A stretch of 63,331 nt of DNA, filler included, from Choristocarpus tenellus KU-1152 (taxonomy: Eukaryota; Protista; Phaeophyceae): assembly GCA_964200185.2 (NCBI GenBank). It is 11 parts of 11 records of this genome, joined end to end, with 100 filler letters (N's around TTAATTAATTAA, not from the genome) between each part and the next. Parts side by side here need not be neighbours in the genome. Positions count along the whole stretch, not along the records: positions 1 to 5,054 come from CAXNAD020012024.1; positions 5,155 to 8,031 come from CAXNAD020023988.1; positions 8,132 to 12,801 come from CAXNAD020013532.1; 8 more parts are not named here. One strand, given 5' to 3'. The translations under genes and the position numbers were made by a program. A model generated the notes under the pieces. The model did not search any database, had not been told where the DNA came from, and saw only the letters and a program-made list of their open reading frames with translations. Of the stretch, positions 1-11,801 are shown one piece after another; the first letter of the stretch is position 1; every line of letters starts with the position of its first letter.

Positions 1-3000
1 GATACCTTGGTGGATAACTGGAGGGTCACTGCAGCTGCCATTCTCAGCAACAAGGTCAGAGAGGGGGGAGATAGTAAAACAGGAGAGGCGTTGAGTTTTA
101 AGGCCTGTAATCGGTGTTGTTCCAAGATGCCCTCTCTTTTCCAGTTTTTTTACTGACTCCAATACCAATGAGGTCAATTCAAATTCGATTCAAATCTTGA
201 TACTGAAGACTAAGCGAAATCAATTGCAAAAGGAGGTTTAGCTGTAGATTCTATTTTTGTCCCCCACACAGGCATGTAGATCATTTCCATGAAATTTGTT
301 AACAAGCCTTCCAACTCTAATGGCACACCCCATAATTAATGCTAGCCCAAACCACTACCCTTGTTCCTAACTCCGATCCCAAGGGATTTAAAATGGAAAT
401 ACTTTTGATCTTCAGCTGGTTAATGGAGGGAATACGCTCACAAAGTGTACCTCTCAAAATTGCATAAAAAGTGATCTTTCAGGTCCCTAGCCATCACACA
501 CTGACACTTCGCTTCAAACTCTACAGAAATATGAAATTTCTCTATGCATTTTTCACTTTTCAGTTCACCTCATAAGCCATTTTGGAAAGGGCTCCCAATT
601 TTCCTCATTTGTCAGCTTCTCACAAAACGTTTAAAAAAAAGAAAAGGATGCGATTCATTCCGATATTTGTAAAATTGTATTTATTTTTTAGTAACTCTCT
701 CTCTCTCTCTCTCTCTCTAGTAGAAGTCTTTTTGTGTGTTGCACTTTTTCTTATTTGTTTGTTGTGTTGTTTGTTTGTCAGGAGAGCATTACTCCGTACT
801 AGGTTCCTAGAACCTGTCGTCTAGCCCTCTCCCTCGCCCGTCCTCCCCCCTCCCTTCCCCTCCCCCCCCCCCATCTTCTGTAGAGACAGTTTTTATTGCG
901 CATCCTTCCGGTGTTCTTAGGATCATCTCAAGACATATTAGCATTCCGTAGCCTGCAGTGGAAGGAAACTGTTTGAGCTTACGCTATACAGATGAAAATT
1001 TATGAGAGAAAAAAAGTCGTCGTGATTGAAGGGATCCTGTTTTGATGTTTCCTTTTTTTTTATCAAATGTCACTTTTTTTGCAGGAAAAGAGTTAAATCT
1101 CCTTCCTCAAACCCTGATACATCATACTGTGTACTGCAACTACCTTTGTATGCCATGTGTGTGCTAAGGTGTGTTGTCCATCCTCCTCGCCCTCAGATTG
1201 TGAGGGATGTGGACACAATTATTTGTACTCGTTACCCCCTGTGCTCTCAAATCTCACTGCCCTGCATGCATGTGATTCTTCTCATTTCCTTGATGGATGA
1301 AAATTATACTTGTACGTGAGGTGGTGGTATCATCATACCGTGTCTGAAAAAAACATTGATAAAAAATCAGTGAGGGAGTGATGGATTTTGATGGATTTAG
1401 CTTGTTGTACCACCAGTATATCTAACATTGCAATACCAACCCGAAGACCCCCCCCAAGATTGTAGTCTGTGGCAATATCCGATTTTTGGTCGAAGTCAGA
1501 AACCTGTGTGATTTTGGGGTAATATATATATATATATGTATATGTTTATGTATTTATGTGTAGATACATGTATATTACATATTATATATTGTACACTTGA
1601 GGCGAATGTGGTGTGTTTTGCTTGGAAGGCGGATCTCTGTATCGGCTAGTACTCCTTACCATATATGTTATTTTTGGTTATTTTTACACACTTTGGGGGG
1701 TCTTGTGTTATGGTGGCAGGCGAACGGCTGGAGTGAGCAGCTTGTTGGGTTGGGTGACCGCCTGATTCAGATGGGAGACATCCCTTCAGCTCATGCCATG
1801 TTCCTTGTGGCAGGCCTTGCATTGGAAATGCCAAGTAACAAGAATGCGAGACTGGTTCTTCCTGGTGTTGATCATCGGTGCATGGCTCACAGGTGAGAGA
1901 CAGGGACATTTATTTATTTTTTGTAATGACTGAGGGTGTTCTTTGTGTTAAAAAGAAAATGCTTCATTTTGACTGAATCAGTGAGGTAAAATTCTTCCTG
2001 TTCTTTTGCTGTTGTTGTGAAGTGGTAAAAAAAAAAAAACTTTTTTTTTGTAGATCGGATTTTTTACATTAATACAGCCCTGTTATGTAGTACATTAATG
2101 CCTACCTGTAGTGAGGGAGAGTGGCAATCCGCTATCAGGAGGGGAGGGGGGTGGGCTGAAGATAGTGATTGCATCCTATTGCTTGAGATATTGTGATAGT
2201 GGCGCTTGCTGTGTCCTGTTGGTTCAATGTGGCAGTTACTGCTTGCTACTTCTGGGTATTTATTTGTGTGGTGATTGAATCCTGTGTCATATTAGTTCCT
2301 CTGCCCTTGGAATTTTTCATGCTAGATAACTCAGTAGGTAGGAGGAATTTTGTTTTGTTCTAGGATAGAGGGATTGATGTTTCAAACTGGGACTGGAAGA
2401 GGGACCGATGTTTGAAAAGTGGGACTGGAAGAGGGACTGGTGCTTGAAAGCTGGACTTTCAAAACCCCGTAAGCGCAGCTTATATTATTTTATTTGTATA
2501 TGCTTCAGGTAGTCCCATACTTGACAAAGTAGTTGTACTGCTAAGAAGTCCCAGGTTACTGTCATTTGGTTCTTTTTCTTGATGAACCGGCTCTCGCGGT
2601 TTTTGTAAATCCTGCAGGATGCTTCGCACACCGGAGTCTATCGATGCAGTGCACATAATGGAGATCTTGGACCTGGCTCGATTGCAGGGGGTGGGGGCGG
2701 GGGCGGGGGGGAAGGGGGCAGCTGACGGTGGTTTGCGCTTGAAAGAGGATATTAGGAACAGTCGGTTGGTTCAGGTGTGATACCACATTGTTAGGTGTGA
2801 TACCACATTGTTCCCGATCAAATTCCTGTTGCTCTCATCGAGTGTGGACATGGTGTGTGATTGCCATGTCTATGTAGGGAGTGGTGATGGATTGATTGAA
2901 TAGGTAGTCAACAAAACTTGGACAGGACACATTGAAATATGTTGGATGGACTTGCCTTGATTGGTTCACGGTGTTTTTTTTTGTTTTTGTTGCGGCTGTG

Positions 3001-5054
3001 GGAATGAAAGGTTTTGATTGGCTTCGATCTTGAAGTTTAGTGTTTTGATTGGCTTGGATTCGGATTAGTTGCAGGCGTGTGTCCTTTTGAGGGCTTAGAG
3101 ATGTGTAGAGCGCCTGTGACAATCTGGAACTATTTCTATCAAGCATGTACTACTCCATTTCCTGTAGTGTATTACCAGTAGCAATGTTTTGAGTTTCCCC
3201 TTGTGCTAAAACTCTGATTTCTTGGTGTTATTAATGCCACTTATACTTTGGTGCTTACACCACTTATACTTTGGTGCTTACACCACTTATACTTTGGTGC
3301 TTACACCACTTATACTTTGGTGCTTACACCACTTATACTTTGGTGCTTACACTCTCTACGTCCTCTATCTTTCCCACCTTGACTGACTTCTACCATTCAG
3401 GGACAAAAGCTGCGCCTGGCTATGCAGCTGGCGGATATGGGTTTGCTAGAGAAGGCAGAAGAGTACGTTGTGAGCATCCAGGATGAGGTAGGATTCCTTT
3501 TGTATTATGCAAGATGGCAGTACCATCAATCGACTTGTTGATAGACTAAGACTAACGGGTTGGATGGCCCTCGTTTCTGTATGTGTGTAGGGTAAGGGTA
3601 TCTGCCGATTGATGCAAGGTTGTCCCTGAATTTTATTGATACTCTACATTCCAAGGGGTTGGATACGTTATCTGTGAATAGTGATCTAGATTCTTGTTCC
3701 AGGTCCCAGATTACTTCACCACTGCCTTTTGTTTTATTCTTTCCTCTGTAATTCATCAGTTTAAACAGTTTGCAGGGTGTTTTGTTTTAATGATATTGAG
3801 AAGGCGTTTGTTGTGTTGTTTGTAGTGGGCGATTTAGGATAGGTAAGACCATTTTGGGTTTGACAGGTAGTTTTATTTAGGGCAAAAAAGGTCAAAAGTG
3901 GGTTTGGGGAGAAAATAAAAACACACAAAGAATAGGACATACCTGATACGATCTTGTGCATTTATAGCCTGTCCCACAAACTGTTCAAACTAATGCAGAA
4001 CAGAGAAAATATTGGTATTAATAGTAGTAACAGTTTCCCAGAGATGTTTTACTTTCTTGGAAGTGTCTGAGACGATGTGTCTGTGTATTACATAACCTTG
4101 AGTAAAATTCTTAGAATAACTCCCTTTTTTTTTTTTTGCTTGGGGTTCCTGGCCTCTTTGTTGTTCTTGATAGATATGTGCATGTATTTCCTGACAAGAC
4201 CCTTTCCCCCCCCTGAAACCCTGTAATCCTGTTTATATTGCTCTTTGACTCAGGTTGCTTGCAGGAAGAAAGAAGCTGGACAGTCACGTCGAGGGCATCA
4301 GCGGCAGCCTTCAGGAGGGACTTTCTCACCCAAGTTCATTCTAGCGTTACGTGAGTTTCAAGACCGAGTGTGTGTTACCCTGGGTACTCCAGTTCACAAT
4401 CCAGGTGGCGGTTCTGGGAGCAAGGACCAACGCGAGTCTGGAGGAGCTGGGTCGTGGTTGCTCAGCAGGTGTGTCTGTCTGTGTTTGCTTGCAGCGTACT
4501 TGAGTGTGTGATCCAATAGGAAAAACCTTTTGTTGAATATGTCTTGCCGATTGCTGCAGTTCAGGGTTAGGGTGGTTAGGGTTGGGGTTAGGTTCAGGTT
4601 CGTGCTTTGCGCTTTCAGTTCAACAGGGTTGCCAGGGTACCGGCCTGTTTTAGTGTTACAGTTCAATAGCCTAGTCTTTGTTCATGGCTGAAAACATGTT
4701 GTATGAAGAAGGTAGAAATGGTGAATCAAATTCATGTGGTACACCCACGTAGTTTATGTGGTACATATTGTTTTGATACTCCCCCTCACTTTCACTTTCA
4801 CTTTCTTCTCCCTACCCGAAGTTTGATGCTTGTCCATTGTTTCTTTGCACAAACTCTCTCAATTCAATTCCCTCAAACAGGGTCACCAACCTTGTAAAGA
4901 ACTCTGCTACTCCTGGGCCACCTGTAGACCCAGCCAGATCCACAGGGGGTACGTCAAGGCCACGGACAGCTTCAGGTTCAGAACGTCTTACAAAGGGCAT
5001 TCAAGGGCAAAAAAAAAACATTCCTGGGTGGGGAGTATCGGGGGGAGGGGGAGG
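1..5054 (+). CDS. SEC16: SEC16 (COPII/ER exit site scaffold), internal fragment with Sec16 central conserved domain, 6 exons
   Basis: GT-AG exons with compatible phases: <1-54, 1720-1892, 2618-2774, 3401-3487, 4254-4468, 4881->5054. Spliced peptide includes DTLVDNWRVTAAAILSNK / LVGLGDRLIQMGDIPSAHAMFLVAG...ARLVLPGVDH / TPESIDAVHIMEILDLARL / QGQKLRLAMQLADMGLLEKAEEYVVSI. This matches in order the Sec16 motifs W.E.LA.I.AN, LGD.L...AAH.CYL.A...L.L.G.DH, E.IQ.TE..E and Q.YKL.YA..LA..G....A..Y (recalled family knowledge, no search run). Confidence 0.85.
2368..2457. repeat. Degenerate ~31-32 bp tandem repeat, ~3 copies (SEC16 intron)
   Basis: gagggattgatgtttcaaactgggactggaa / gagggaccgatgtttgaaaagtgggactggaa / gagggactggtgcttgaaagctggact. 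Confidence 0.75.
3237..3351. repeat. Perfect 23-bp minisatellite, 5 copies
   Basis: (ccacttatactttggtgcttaca)x5 with no spacers, ending ~50 nt upstream of the acceptor at 3400. Confidence 0.97.
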
Positions 5055-5154
5055 NNNNNNNNNNNNNNNNNNNNNNNNNNNNNNNNNNNNNNNNNNNNTT
5101 AATTAATTAANNNNNNNNNNNNNNNNNNNNNNNNNNNNNNNNNNNNNNNNNNNN
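5055..5154. other. Artificial contig spacer (N run with TTAATTAATTAA)
   Basis: Identical 100-nt spacers also at 8032-8131, 12802-12901, 18879-18978, 21856-21955, 32854-32953, 36717-36816, 40484-40583, 49768-49867 and 52750-52849. The 12-mer puts stop codons in all six frames. Confidence 0.98.
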
Positions 5155-6701
5155 CTGTAGACCCAAGTACATTGCTACGAACAACAACAGAGGGCAAATC
5201 GAAACACTAAGAATTCCGTTCAGATTTGCCTTGAAAATTGGCCAAGAATGGTCTCATCCACTCTCCGTTCAGTTTGCCTCGTTGAGAAATGCCTCAAAAT
5301 TGGCGTATAATTATAATTTGTCACGATTTTCCGTTTGGAGATGGCTAAAAAAGGGGAAAAGCAAAACGAAATAGGGATGAAAACGTGCGTATAGGAGATG
5401 ACCTTATACAACAAAAAAGTATCCTAGATTGGCCTCTGTACACCTACACATTTCACTACAACAGAGAGTACATTGTTTTCAGTAATATCACTCTAAACAG
5501 CAATGACAAAGCGAAAAATTGTATATTATACACTACCAACTGTGAGGATGTGTACAAAAGGTAAATAATATCCTCCCACAAGGCAAATCAGAGTGGGGGG
5601 TGGTCACCATCAGGTTCCTGTTAGACATTTTGATGCCAGCAAACCATCAAGCACAACCCTACTTATATTGTGGGTCAAAATAGAGATGCCTTCCATACCG
5701 TAGTTGGCACACAATCTGATAGTGGACACGACTTGGTAAGACCTACTGACCCCAATATCATCGATACGTCTTCACCCCTCTGTAAAACAGGTTACTTTTT
5801 TTTTAGTGATTGTACCACACCATCGTCGTTGCTGATAATGCCTCTTGAACGTGTTTCTGGGATTATTTTGCAATCAACTGTAGTCTGACACAATCACTAA
5901 AATTATGGTGTTTTAAAGTAGCACGAAAAATTACGTCTGTCCCAGATTATTATGCCTTCTCGCTAATTTCGTGTTCTGAATGGTGGTGATACCATATTCC
6001 TAATGTTCCATCCTAAAAGATGGATTCTCCTTAACACGCATGATGGATCTGATATATATATAAATATATCTGGTGACGGATTGGTTGTAACCGTCGTTAC
6101 CTTGCACAAGTTTTGTACCGAGGTACGAGAACGTTAAAATAAAATGCAACCACTTCTTTTCTGAAGCCGTACTGATAGTTCTCACGCCGAGACTCGAACT
6201 CGGAATACCAGTTTCAAAGACTGGGGGGATAACCATTTCCCCACGCGAGAAATTCAACGTAACTCACTCGACAGATAATTACGTTTTCCAGTTTCTATAT
6301 TCATTTGTCAGTAAGAAAACATTGACACTGACATCATAAAGCCAGCGTACATATATGCGTTGCTCATACAGATGTTTCCATTTTGACCAGTCAAGGGATC
6401 GTAATATTAGTTGTATAAGTCAGATGCACCATAGGTTTGTGTCGACGGCGTACATGATCCATGGTGGACTCATGAGGAACGGGAATAAATTGTTGTGTTC
6501 TCCTAAGTGAGTCTTGTCAGATGGCTAGGCAGCCAATTTCAGCTAGGTATTGAGGAACAAGCTCCTCTCAGGGTCTCAACCCCCCCCCCAGCATGGCCTG
6601 AATACCCCTCTCTCATCTTTCCTGAACCTCACTCTGGTTGTAGGGGTTCTCATCACCCCATCGCACAGACCTCAACTATACACATTGTTTTCAATACTGC
6701 A

Positions 6702-6958
6702 AAGCGAAAGTATCTTAGAGGGAAGGGTTTGCCATGCTTGTCCGTTTGGGGCTTGGCTTCCCACGGGTTACTTTATGACATTTTACCTACTACGAAACAT
6801 TTCAGAGTAAGTAAAATGTTTACATTACGAAAAGGTGTGTCCGGAACAAGGATACTGACACTCCCTAACAAACACGATAGACAAATTTCATCAAAGTCGC
6901 AACATTGGATTTTGGCCCCCAAATGGACGCGACTCTACCCTCTAAGATGATTTGACTT
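6702..6958 (+). mobile_element. MITE type A (~260 bp)
   Basis: TIRs aaagtatcttagaggg ... taccctctaagat; interior shared with ~10 other copies in the window. Confidence 0.85.
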
Positions 6959-7037
6959 GCAATGTTCACAGACAGACTTAGATATTGATGTGTATGTAAT
7001 CCATATACCATTGTACTGTACAACATCCGTATTTCAT

Positions 7038-7111
7038 GGTCTTTGTAACTGAGTGGTAGCGCACCAGTTTCAGTCAAAGGAACGCGAGGGTTCCAACCGC
7101 ACAGAGGTCCA
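7038..7111 (+). pseudogene. Degenerate tRNA-like sequence (tRNA pseudogene or SINE head)
   Basis: A-box-like taactgagtggtagc and B-box-like ggttccaacc at tRNA spacing; partial acceptor pairing; no good anticodon stem. Confidence 0.35.
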
Positions 7112-7813
7112 TCCATAAATGAAAAAGTATATCACATCGATATCATTGCATCTCTACAGTCTCTAGTGGGGGTCAGATACTATTTTCAGAGGAAGTTGAT
7201 TCTAATGGACCACATGGTAGGTGCAGTGGAACAGCACACTTGTCTGTCTCCAAACCAAAATAAGAACGCGAGGAACCTGAATTGTGATTGGAGGACTTCA
7301 CGGCAGTCAGCTGAGAACTGCACATCATTCGAGGGAGAAGGAAAACAGCAAGGCATGCACATGGCGTTGCAATTAGTCGTAATGCAACAATACAGTTTGT
7401 ACTCCAATTGTTTGTGATGAGTAGTGTAGTATGTAGTCCTGTGAATGTGAGTTAGGGTTAGGCGTTAGGTAGAGTTGAGTCAGGTTCTTAGTCCCAGGGG
7501 AAAGTGCAGACGATAATAAATTTTATCATAAATTACAACATATTACACCAATCAATGTATATTTGTTCGCACATACCTGGAAGAACATGACACTCGCATA
7601 ACATATCTTCAACATTTTTTTGTATTTTTGATGACTAACTGTAGTCTGGATAACAGATGGTGTGGAGCAAATACCCGTAAGTATAGTGTCCTGCACAAAC
7701 AACAGATGTTATGTATCAAATTGATTTGAGTGTTTACATAATGTTATACTCCGGAGTAGGCTGTGGAGCAAATGGCCCTGAGTAATGTTCCGGACAACGT
7801 ACAGCATAGAGAA

Positions 7814-7990
7814 GGCCCAAAGTATCTGGGGGGGAGTGGCGGCTGTCCATTCAGGGCCCAATTTTTCATGTCGCGATTTTGGGTGATTTGGTTGCATGTG
7901 TCGGATGGATAATGCAAGTTTATTTCTCCTGAGTCCGAATGGATATCCTGGTGTAGACCCCCCCCCCCCCCCTCCCCCCCCAGATTTCTT
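7814..7990 (+). mobile_element. MITE type B (~175 bp, poly-G/poly-C subterminal tracts)
   Basis: ggcccaaagtatctgggggg...gtgtagaccccccc...cagat; same interior as 16667-16842 and 25358-25535. Confidence 0.8.
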
Positions 7991-8154
7991 CACAAAATTA
8001 ACCCCCAAGACCATTTGTTTTTTGGGGTATANNNNNNNNNNNNNNNNNNNNNNNNNNNNNNNNNNNNNNNNNNNNTTAATTAATTAANNNNNNNNNNNNN
8101 NNNNNNNNNNNNNNNNNNNNNNNNNNNNNNNAGCAGCACTATCTACGAACAGAG

Positions 8155-8456
8155 GGAGCGTCTACACCAGGGTGTCCATTTGGGCCAAAACCAGGAAAAG
8201 TGCACTTTCATTATCCATCCGATGTATGGAACTAAATCACCAAAAAATCGCGACATGAAAAAATTGGCCCCAAATGGACAGCCACCACCCCACCCTGATA
8301 CTTTGAGCAAAAGTGTACACGTTATGAAACAAAGTGTCCAGAAAAAGGATATTGACACTTCCTAACAAACACGATAGCCAAAGTTACATCAAAAATGTAA
8401 CATTAGATTTTGACCCCCAAGTGGACGCGGCTCTACCCTCTAAGATATTTTGACTC
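8155..8456. mobile_element. MITE type B (reverse, 8155-8309) abutting 3' half of a MITE type A (8310-8456)
   Basis: B interior in reverse orientation ending gatactttgagc, then A interior ending taccctctaagatattttgactc. Confidence 0.75.
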
Positions 8457-8624
8457 TGGGGGCAGAGTGAGACTTGTCCAGAACCAGGCACGTGCAGGAG
8501 CGTCCTGGTCTATACTGTATCGTTCGACAAGAACCTGGATATTTCGCAATTCGCTATTCTCCCATTTAACCTCGTAGGGGTAGCTGACTCGCTCATCTCC
8601 AACTTTCACCGTGTAGTGGGGCTG

Positions 8625-8865
8625 AAGTGAAAGTATACTAGAGGGTACGAGTTTTTCCCTGTCTGTCCATTTGGGGCTTGACTTTCGATGTTTTTTTTTT
8701 TTACATTTTCCTACTCCAAAGTATTTAGGAGTAGGTAAGGCGAGTATGTTATGAAAAGGTTTGTCCGCAACATGGATATCAACACTTCCTAACAAACACG
8801 ATAGCCAAAATTACATCAAAATCACAACATTGGATTTTGACCCCCAAACGGACGCGGTGCTACCT
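8625..8865 (+). mobile_element. MITE type A, 3' TIR truncated
   Basis: aagtgaaagtatactagagggtacgag... with full A interior. Confidence 0.8.
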
Positions 8866-9606
8866 ATGCAAAAGAGAGCTATTCCAATAGAGTATTTTCA
8901 TTATGTTGTATGGACGTATTTATTAGCGGAGTGAGCACAGCCCTTGGTGGTGAGGGGTGCTCTCTAGTATTATCTGATTGCACACGTCAGCAGACACATC
9001 AAAAATGTGTCTTGCCGATGATCGTACTGTCATTTATCCTGTGTAACTAGTACTACGTCAGTAACCCTCCGTCAATCCACTTATATCAAGTACTAAGAAA
9101 TCAATCATCCGATATTCAAATTTATCACTCTAAACACACGAACGCAAGTCAATACCATTTATTCCATTTAGTCAACATTCCTGTTGTCTAGTAGTGGTCA
9201 CTAAACACGTATAAACCATATAGACTACCAGCCTATATTGCACACTACTCTCTAAGATACTTTGGCTCATTATAGTACTTGGTGTCCTCAGTCATGGACG
9301 GTCCACGACTGAGGAAACTAATTGCTATTATTTTTGAGCAGCTCGTTGGGACCGAAACGAACGCCCCCTCACTAACCACCCCCACCCCCCAGATACTTTG
9401 ACCCTTGCCACAAGCTCGTCCGAGCCACAGATACGAATAAAATAATAAAAATGGAGTCCAGATACATTAATATTCCCATACTGGTCCCTCTAGTTGCGTT
9501 GACTAGAGTGTGGATCCCCACGACACCCTCACTTTGTTCCTTTTGAGCGTCAGGAAGTAGGTTGCAAGAATAGTCTTTGTCAGAACGATTGCCCACCAAT
9601 GTTTTT

Positions 9607-9866
9607 GAGTCAAAGCATCTTCAAGGGTAGAGCCGCGTCCATTGGGGGCCAAAATCCAATGTTGCGATTTTGATTAATTTTGGCTATCATGTTTGTTAGG
9701 AGATGTCAATATATCCTTGTTCTGGGCACACCTTTTCATAACGTATACATTTTACCTACTCCGAAGCATTTTGGAGTAGATGAAATCTCATTAAAAACCC
9801 GTGGTAAGTCAAGCCCCAAATGGACAAACAGGGGAAAAACTCGTACCCTCTAAGATACTTTCACTC
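9607..9866 (-). mobile_element. MITE type A
   Basis: gagtcaaagcatct ... taccctctaagatactttcactc, reverse orientation. Confidence 0.88.
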
Positions 9867-10539
9867 ACTTCCTGCACCACGAGAGGGGCCTCCCTCATTG
9901 CAGTTGGAACAGTGAGTGCAAACAAAGGGGGAAACAGGTGTGATATAGTGCTAACTAACATCGGTCGCCAAGGGCAGAGAGTTTAAACCAACCCGAATAT
10001 CTCTTAGGGGTACTGACCTACCCAATTTGTCCAGCACTTGGTGCAGTTGAAGATAAGTATCCCCAAACGATAGCTCGTGGTAGAACTCCGGAATACTTAT
10101 ATATGTATAGGTCACCATTCTGTGATGTAGAGAGTACACAGAGAACCATGACAACAGGAAAAAACCTTTTTGGGGTGCATTTAATCGCCTGTAAAAAAAC
10201 ATGTTCAAAAGCACTCCATCTTGGGCGAGTTAAAAATCCTATGTTCCGCGCAAAAATATTATGTTTGTCGAGGTCTATATACTTTATTAAGAAATGTAAC
10301 GGGCATGAAGAAATTACTGTCTCTGGTCACTCCAATCCCTTAATACATAAATATCTCACAATCTGCACCAGTCCTGTACAAAGAATGTACGGGTGCCAGT
10401 TTAGGGTCAAGTCTTCCTTCCACCATGCACAAAAAAGCCCGATGCCATGAAACCAACTACTGCAACTAGTTCATATGTTCAGCGTTTTCATCTCTGTCAT
10501 ATTTATTGAGTCGAACTCCTCTTTCGCCATCTCAATGAT

Positions 10540-10801
10540 GAGTGAAAGTATCTTAAAGGGTACGAGTTTTGCCCTGTTTGTCCATTTCTGGCTTTGCTTC
10601 CCATGGGTTTTTTTATGACATTTTCCTACTCCAAAATGTGTCAGAGAGTAGGTAAAATGTATTGCATTATGAACAGGCGTGTCCAGAACAAGGATATTGA
10701 CACTTCCCGACCAACACAATAGCCGAAATTACATCAAAATCGCAATATTGGATTTTTGCCCCCAAATGGACGCGGCCCTACCCTCTAATATACTTTGGCT
10801 C
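10540..10801 (+). mobile_element. MITE type A
   Basis: gagtgaaagtatcttaaagggta ... taccctctaatatactttggctc, flanked by tgat/tgat. Confidence 0.88.
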
Positions 10802-11550
10802 TGATTTCAATCCACACTCTGAAAACAGAGTGCATAAATTTCGAAAGTACCACATTTTGGATGAATTTCCTTTCAAGTTTTTTTTTCAAACCACCTGTCT
10901 CTAGGTTTTCCTCCTGCCATGGGATATTGGGTACCAGGGATGCGAGGTTCCGTTGTACCTTGAGTCATCCTGCTCCATACATGTCATCTCAGGCCTGCCT
11001 GACATGCCGTGTAAGAAGTGCAACTAACCCCCCTTAGGAACGTTTGGCTGCAGAACAGAAGGTGAACGCCCATCCACCTGAGATCGAAATCAACTTCTCC
11101 AGAATGGGCATTACAAAAGTTGCAATAAAGACATTAGGTGACTCTGCAGTATGTAAAGCTTCAAGGCACCATCTTCCGAGTACCTCTAAAGACCAACTCG
11201 CTGTTGACCGCTGGGGGTGAATCATACCTCCATCTCCCCCAATTTCCACACAATAACGCCCACCTTCTTTAAAGTTTGTGTTTGAGAAAAAATAATGGCG
11301 TATAGCAAGGAAAAGTACATGATGAAAGAATGGGACACGCAGTTACTTCCTATCTCCTGCAATGGAACATTATGACTAGATATTTACCATGATAGATTTC
11401 ATACTCATGTCTCCAGTAGCTAAACTGATTTACCCATCGCCACCGTGCAATATCTGCATTGAACTATATCATTTGCGGGCTTGAGCTAACTCTTGAAACG
11501 CTATATATATAGTTGATATTTTTTTATGTGCAAACCTGTTAGTTCGGTGG

Positions 11551-11801
11551 GAATGCAAGTATCTTAGAGGGTACGAGTTTTACCCTGTTTGTCCCTTTGG
11601 GGCTCGACTTCCCATGGCGTATTTTATGACATCTTCCTACTCCAAAATGTTTCGGAGTAGGTAAAATGTATACATTTTGAAAAAATGTGTCTGGAACATG
11701 GACATTGGCACATCCTAACAAACACGACAGCGAAAATTACTTCGAAAACGCAACATTGGATTTTGGGTCCCAGTTGGACGTGGCTCTAAGATATTTGGCT
11801 C
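11551..11801 (+). mobile_element. MITE type A
   Basis: gaatgcaagtatcttagagggta ... ctctaagatatttggctc; flanks tgg/tga. Confidence 0.85.

Noticed and set aside
3237-3351. CRISPR-like array of palindromic 23-bp repeats
   Set aside because: Repeats are directly adjacent with no spacers, lie in a eukaryotic intron, and there are no cas genes.
5099-5110. Recurrent TTAATTAATTAA as a biological motif (e.g. piggyBac TTAA sites)
   Set aside because: Always centred in identical N runs; it is an assembly linker.
6507-6950. Apparent small-protein family (LTLPNKHD / LVPSKIL ORFs at 6507, 8433, 10471, 11539, 22539, 32012)
   Set aside because: These are chance translations of the non-coding type A MITE; frames and stops differ between copies.
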